Source: Nitrospirota bacterium
Lineage (GTDB): Bacteria > Nitrospirota > UBA9217
NCBI GenBank assembly: GCA_963751455.1
Contig: CAVVUN010000001.1
Location: forward strand, 608,001-672,000
Reading direction: 5' to 3'
DNA: 64,000 bases
The translations under genes and the position numbers were made by a program. Of this stretch, positions 59,001 through 64,000 are shown piece after piece (the stretch's first letter is position 1; the number at the start of each line of letters is the position of its first letter). The notes beneath the pieces were generated by a model. The model saw only the letters and a program-made list of their open reading frames with translations. It was not told the origin of the DNA and made no database searches.

Positions 59001-62000
59001 AGGTCCTGTTAAAATCATCTGCCCGCTCACACCCATCCGCACGCTGCTTACTGTGACGTTTACTGTATCGCCGGGATTATACACCTGTTTGTCCGCAGTG
59101 ATCGTCAGTACATCTCCGGCTTTATAGAGATAGATGGAATTCAAATGTATTGACCGGCCTCCAGCGTGATAGACGCCGTAGAAAAGCTTCTCTCCGGTGA
59201 TCTGATCGAGTGGAATGTCAAACGTGAGCGACTGATTGCCGTTTAAGGTCAAGGATTTTTGTTCTTCATGACCTGAATAATTGACTCTTGCAAACAGATC
59301 GAAGCTGGTCAGCTGCTCTCCATTGTCCTCAATCCGGAGAGTTAATCTCGCCGTATCTCCGACTGAATAGATCTGCTTATCCAGCGAAGCGGTAACGGCG
59401 ATGTTGATTCCCTCGAGATGGTACTTCACTTGACCTTTTGCTACGCCTGCGTCCGCAGTGGAGAGAGCCGGGGTGAGGGTATACTGGGCAAAGTAATCAT
59501 TTTCCTCCAAGTCTTCGGGTAAGAGAATCCCGAACGTCACCGTCGTCTCTTCTCCGGGCTTAAGCCAAACCGGTTGAGTTGAGTCGATGAGGTCGTATGC
59601 ATTGAAAGTAAAATCGAAGCTCCCTTCCTGATTGCCGGTGTTCCTGACCCTGAAGTCAAACGTTCCTTCCTCTCCTGCCCTAAAGGTCTGATATGGCGGC
59701 AGCTGAGTAATCTTCAAGTGTTGCGCCTTGAATTACAAGCGATGAGTTTCGTGCCGTTAACTGGGTGCCGCTTTTGTTCAGGAGTGACATCTTTACCGTA
59801 AACGCACCCGGCATCATGGCTGCTGGATTAACGTTAAAAGACATAGTTAGTGAGGTGCCCGTTGTGAGTTGACTTATAGTTTGTTCAGCATTCCAAACAA
59901 CATCGCCATTCTCATTTGTAATTTCGCATCTAGCGTTTCCTTCGATCGTGTTGTATCCGTTGTTCAAAAAATTGACGGAGACAGGGATCAACTCACCATT
60001 CTGCGACCCGACAGTTAATGCCATGTCAACCACATTCTCTTTGCGGACAGAGAAATTGACATTCGTTGTCGCTGTTGGAGATGAGCTTAGAGCCATGAGT
60101 TGATAATCGCCTTCGGTAAGATCGTAATACAGCATGTCGGAAATACTCGCGCCTAGCTGTAAATAGTAAGATTTTGAAGTTACATTCGGCATATCTCCAT
60201 TTTTACGTAATTCGTAGCTGACGTCGAGCGACGCATCCAACTGTCCTGTATTTACAATCGTTACAGGGACGATGATCTTGCCTTCAGGATATACTGTTTG
60301 AGAACTGACGGTCATCATCGAAGCAAGACCGTAGGCAACGGTCTTCGTCACTGTCTGGTTTAAATCGCCGCTGAAAGTAAACGTGTATTCTGTATTACTT
60401 GCTATCTGCTGCGAATATTGCAATTGCTTCGTTTCACCGGGCTGCAGCCGAATCTGCTGCACGTCTTCAAATCCAGCACTTTGAACGCCACATCCTACAG
60501 ATGCCGCGATCTTTCCCTCGTTCTGGAGTTCAACGTTTATGTCAAACGGCTCGTTTCCCGTCACTTCAGGCATTGAAATGGCTGTTGAAATGTTGGGGCT
60601 AGCCACTTCAAACTGGTCAGCAATCTCCACAAGAGTGGAATTATTTTGCGTCACCCTGCCGGTCAGAACGACCGTTCCATCCGTCACTGCTATTGTTGTT
60701 GCGGAGAATGGATAATTTCCTCCTGCTGCAACGCTGAACGTTTCGGCGTAGATCGTTTCTGTGGTTCCATCTGGCCTCTGTTGGCCAAGCTCTGTCGTCT
60801 GATTCACCGCGTCGACACTCGCCAAATTCCGCACTTCTCCGGTTATGGTCACCGCCTCACCCGGTCTATAAACTTTTTTATCCGTAGCGACCGACAGGAT
60901 CGTATTTCCGGAGACAATGTAAAATGGATATTCCACATTGGCTAAGGTCTGACCAAGGCTGTTTTTGAGTTCCGCTTGGAGGTAAAGCTTTCCTGTAGTA
61001 TTCACGGCCCCGATATCCGTTAAATAGTCCTGCGTCATATCGCCTTCTTGATTGATCGGTAAGCTTGCTGCAAAGAGCGTTTCAATTCCTCCTGGTTGTG
61101 AAAGAGCCATATTCTGGACACGATTGTTCCCGTTATCCACAGCGTAAATTGAACCATCGGATCCGGCAGCCAGACCTCCTGGATAAACAAATTGTCCATT
61201 GTCACTGCCGTATTCGCCCCATTTGGCTAAAAAAGTGCCATTACTGTCAAATTTCTGGATTCGATAGTTTCCAGTGTCTCCAACATAAACCGAGCCATCG
61301 GAATCTATGGCGACCCCTTCCGGCCAGGAAAATTGACCATCACAAGGCTGGTCGGCCACTCCATCACCATCAGAATCAGTACTGCAATAATTACCCAATT
61401 TGCTGATGAAGTTGCCGTCGCTGTCAAATTTCTGAATACGGTTATTTCCATCCGATACATAGATGTAACCTTCAGGACTGATCGCTAAACCCGAAGGATA
61501 ATAAAAATTGCCATCACATTCCTTGTCGGGTATGCCATCCCAATTCGAGTCGGCAATACAACGGGTTCCCCATTTTGATATAAAATTTCCATTCCCATCA
61601 AATTTCTGAATTTGGTGATTAATGTAATCAGCAACATATAAAAACCCTCTCTGATCTGCTCCTATGCCGTATGGGCCAAGGAACCCCCCCTTGCATTCCC
61701 TGTCAGGTATGCCGTCCCAATTCGTGTCCACAATACAACGGGTCCCCCATTTTGATATAAAGTTTCCATTCGCATCTAATTTCTGGATAAGATTATTATC
61801 ATAATCGGTAACATACACGGACCCGTCTGTGCTTACAGCAATACCCATAGGCCATGAAAATTTTCCGTCACATTCTTTGTCAGAAATCCCATCCCAGTTA
61901 CTGTCTGTACGGCAATAATTACCCGTTTGACTTACAAAATTGCCGCTGGCATCATATTTCTGAATACGACTGTTATAACTGTCAGTCACGTAGAGGGAGC

Positions 62001-64000
62001 CATCTGGCGCTGCTGCTACCCCATATGGCGAATATAACAGACCTTCACATAGATGTTCAGGATTGCCGTCATAGTTGCTGTCCGTCTGGCAGTAGCTCTC
62101 CCATGTAGTAACTAAATTTCCATTATTGTCAAATTTAAGAATATTATCTATCCCCTCAACAGTAGCTTCAGCATATATTGATCCATCACGAGTAATAGCA
62201 ATGCCATAAGGCGAACCATCCAAATCCCACGAAGTGACATAGTTTCCATTTTCATCAAATTTCAGGATACGTTTAGCACCGTAATCAGTTGAATATACAG
62301 AACCGTCAGGACCTACACCAAGCCCAAATATCCAAGAGAGCCCTCCGTAAGCAGTGTTATCGTCTCCCCAACTCATTATAAAATTCCCACTGCTGTCAAA
62401 CTTCTGAATCCGATGATTACCTGCGTCCGCTACATACAAAGAACCATCAACTCCTACACATAAACCTTCAGGGGTCATAAACTGCCCATCAAGCCATCCC
62501 CAATCGCCGATTATCGCAATAAAATTCCCATTGCTGTCGAATTTTTGAACGCGATCATGGCCGGTATCCGACACATAAACAAAACCGTCAACGCTTACGG
62601 CTACACTCTTAGGAGTGTCGAATTGTCCGTTCAGCCATCCTGAAGTGCCCCAGGCAGCGATAAAATTTCCGAACGCGTCAAACTTCTGAATACGGTTGTT
62701 GCCGGTATCCGCTACATATACAGATCCATCTGGTCCCACAGCAATACCCATTGGGTAATTGAATTGCCCGTAATTTTCTCCACTGCGACCCCAAACAGAG
62801 ACCAATTTTCCGGTTTTATCAAGCCTTAAGATGCGGTCGTAAGCGGAATCAGTTACGTAAAGAGAACCATCAGAACCAGCGGCTATACCATATGAACCGA
62901 AAGGAGGAAACCAGTTTTCATTGGGTAGAAAATGAACAAATCCTCTCGACGATTCCCCGCTTTTTTGCATTCTCTTCACGGCGAGTTCTAAACTGCCGCC
63001 GTTTATGCCGAATTTCCCATTAGCAATATTCGACAATGCAGTCAGTGATTCATTTTTTAAATAGACACCTTTATTCGTACTCGACTGTAATTGAGCCGTC
63101 GGCCCTTCGATGTCAAGTTGCCTATAATAAGTGGAATGATTTCCTGTTCTCACATCCTTCACTTGAACGTCCAACTGAGCAGGTCCGTTTAAAGTCTGTG
63201 CTGGCATTTGAACATCGAGCATCTGAGCTGATCCAGCCAGGATCTCACCGCTGGCATTGCCGGAAAAAACAACTATTCCTTTATTGTCATAGACAGCAAT
63301 TTTTTCCGCTAGATACGTTGTATCCACTCCACCTGTATTTTTTATGCTTAGGTTAATGGAATCACCGGCGATGATTGAATCGGAACCAGTGTAGTCTATA
63401 CCTAACAGCGATTCGGGTACTGTGAACACGACATTTTTTGCGATCTCACTTCCGGTCGGAAGTGTCAAAGCTATAGCGACTGCATGCTGGCCCGGTAAGA
63501 TAGAAGCAGGGATAGGAATGGCTAGTTTGACTGTTGAAGTTTGGGCAGTGGCGACAGTTTCTATCTCACTATGGCTATAGTTTATATCTGGGGCTGCTAC
63601 TGACACTGAAAGATTGTCAAGATTAAACTTCCCTCCATTGATAATGGCAATGGTGAGATACGATGTTTCTCTTACACTATAAGATGACTTGTCAAAAGAA
63701 GCCATAACTGTAGGAGTATTTGGGATAATAATTCCACCGCTTTGTGTTTTTCCTTGATTGTTCAAAGAATAGATTAGGCTATAATCCCCGAAGCGAGGGT
63801 TTTCGATTGGTATCGAAACATTAATTGTCGCCGTTTGGCCTGCCTGTAGAGACTGAAGCTGCTCATGGCTATCCCATATCACGGCCCCATCTGGATCTTT
63901 GAGAGATAGTGAAAGGGTAGCACAAGAAACTGGTAAAAGACCATTGTTTTTGATAGCAAAAGTTATATAGCTATTCGATCCAAACACGGGAGGGGTAATT
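56046..64000 (-). CDS. giant surface protein (Ig-like/CARDB domains, NHL propellers, C-terminal FG-GAP repeats); 5' end outside the window, frameshift near 59715
   Basis: NHL repeats (F..P.GIAV..DGSVYVADTGN.RIQKFD), CARDB (LPDLKI...EFNENNN), FG-GAP repeats (GD.DGDG..EII.GAGP); VIQGAT joins LKITQLPPYQ by a one-base shift; no signal peptide or stop between 63987 and the window edge. Confidence 0.8.

Overview
A bacterial chromosomal window. The gene content, GC level and repeat types suggest an anaerobic diderm such as Nitrospirota or a deltaproteobacterium; this is inference only. From left to right: (1) 0.7-5.4 kb, an integron with a 3'-truncated intI, a probable attI, two well-formed attC sites, a near-consensus cassette promoter and an intI promoter with a GAAC-N4-GTTC palindrome in its spacer. 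The first cassette is a P-loop ATPase-TIR gene split by an ISH6-like element; the second is a DUF6680-like gene. (2) 5.5-17.1 kb, a PadR-headed operon with one ABC ATPase, three paralogous ~865-aa FtsX/MacB-type permeases, a LolA-like protein and an outer-membrane barrel. (3) 17.1-21 kb, a HEAT-repeat protein and an HD-GYP protein that share an unnamed N-terminal domain. (4) 21.1-28.4 kb, tRNA-Ala(GGC) and a decayed island holding IS200, ISL3, IS1380-like, ExeA and integrase remnants plus higBA. (5) 28.5-35.4 kb, a candidate synthase-dependent polysaccharide locus (GH18, CE4 deacetylase, TPR-barrel, GT2, nucleotide-sugar epimerase). (6) 35.9-53 kb, small cytoplasmic proteins, seven of which end in Ala-Ala, surrounding a TonB receptor-YfiR-kinase-regulator-GGDEF/EAL operon with two frameshifts. 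(7) 54.6-64 kb, an M20 peptidase and the 3' part of a giant NHL/CARDB/FG-GAP surface protein. All family assignments come from recognising motifs by eye, not from database searches.
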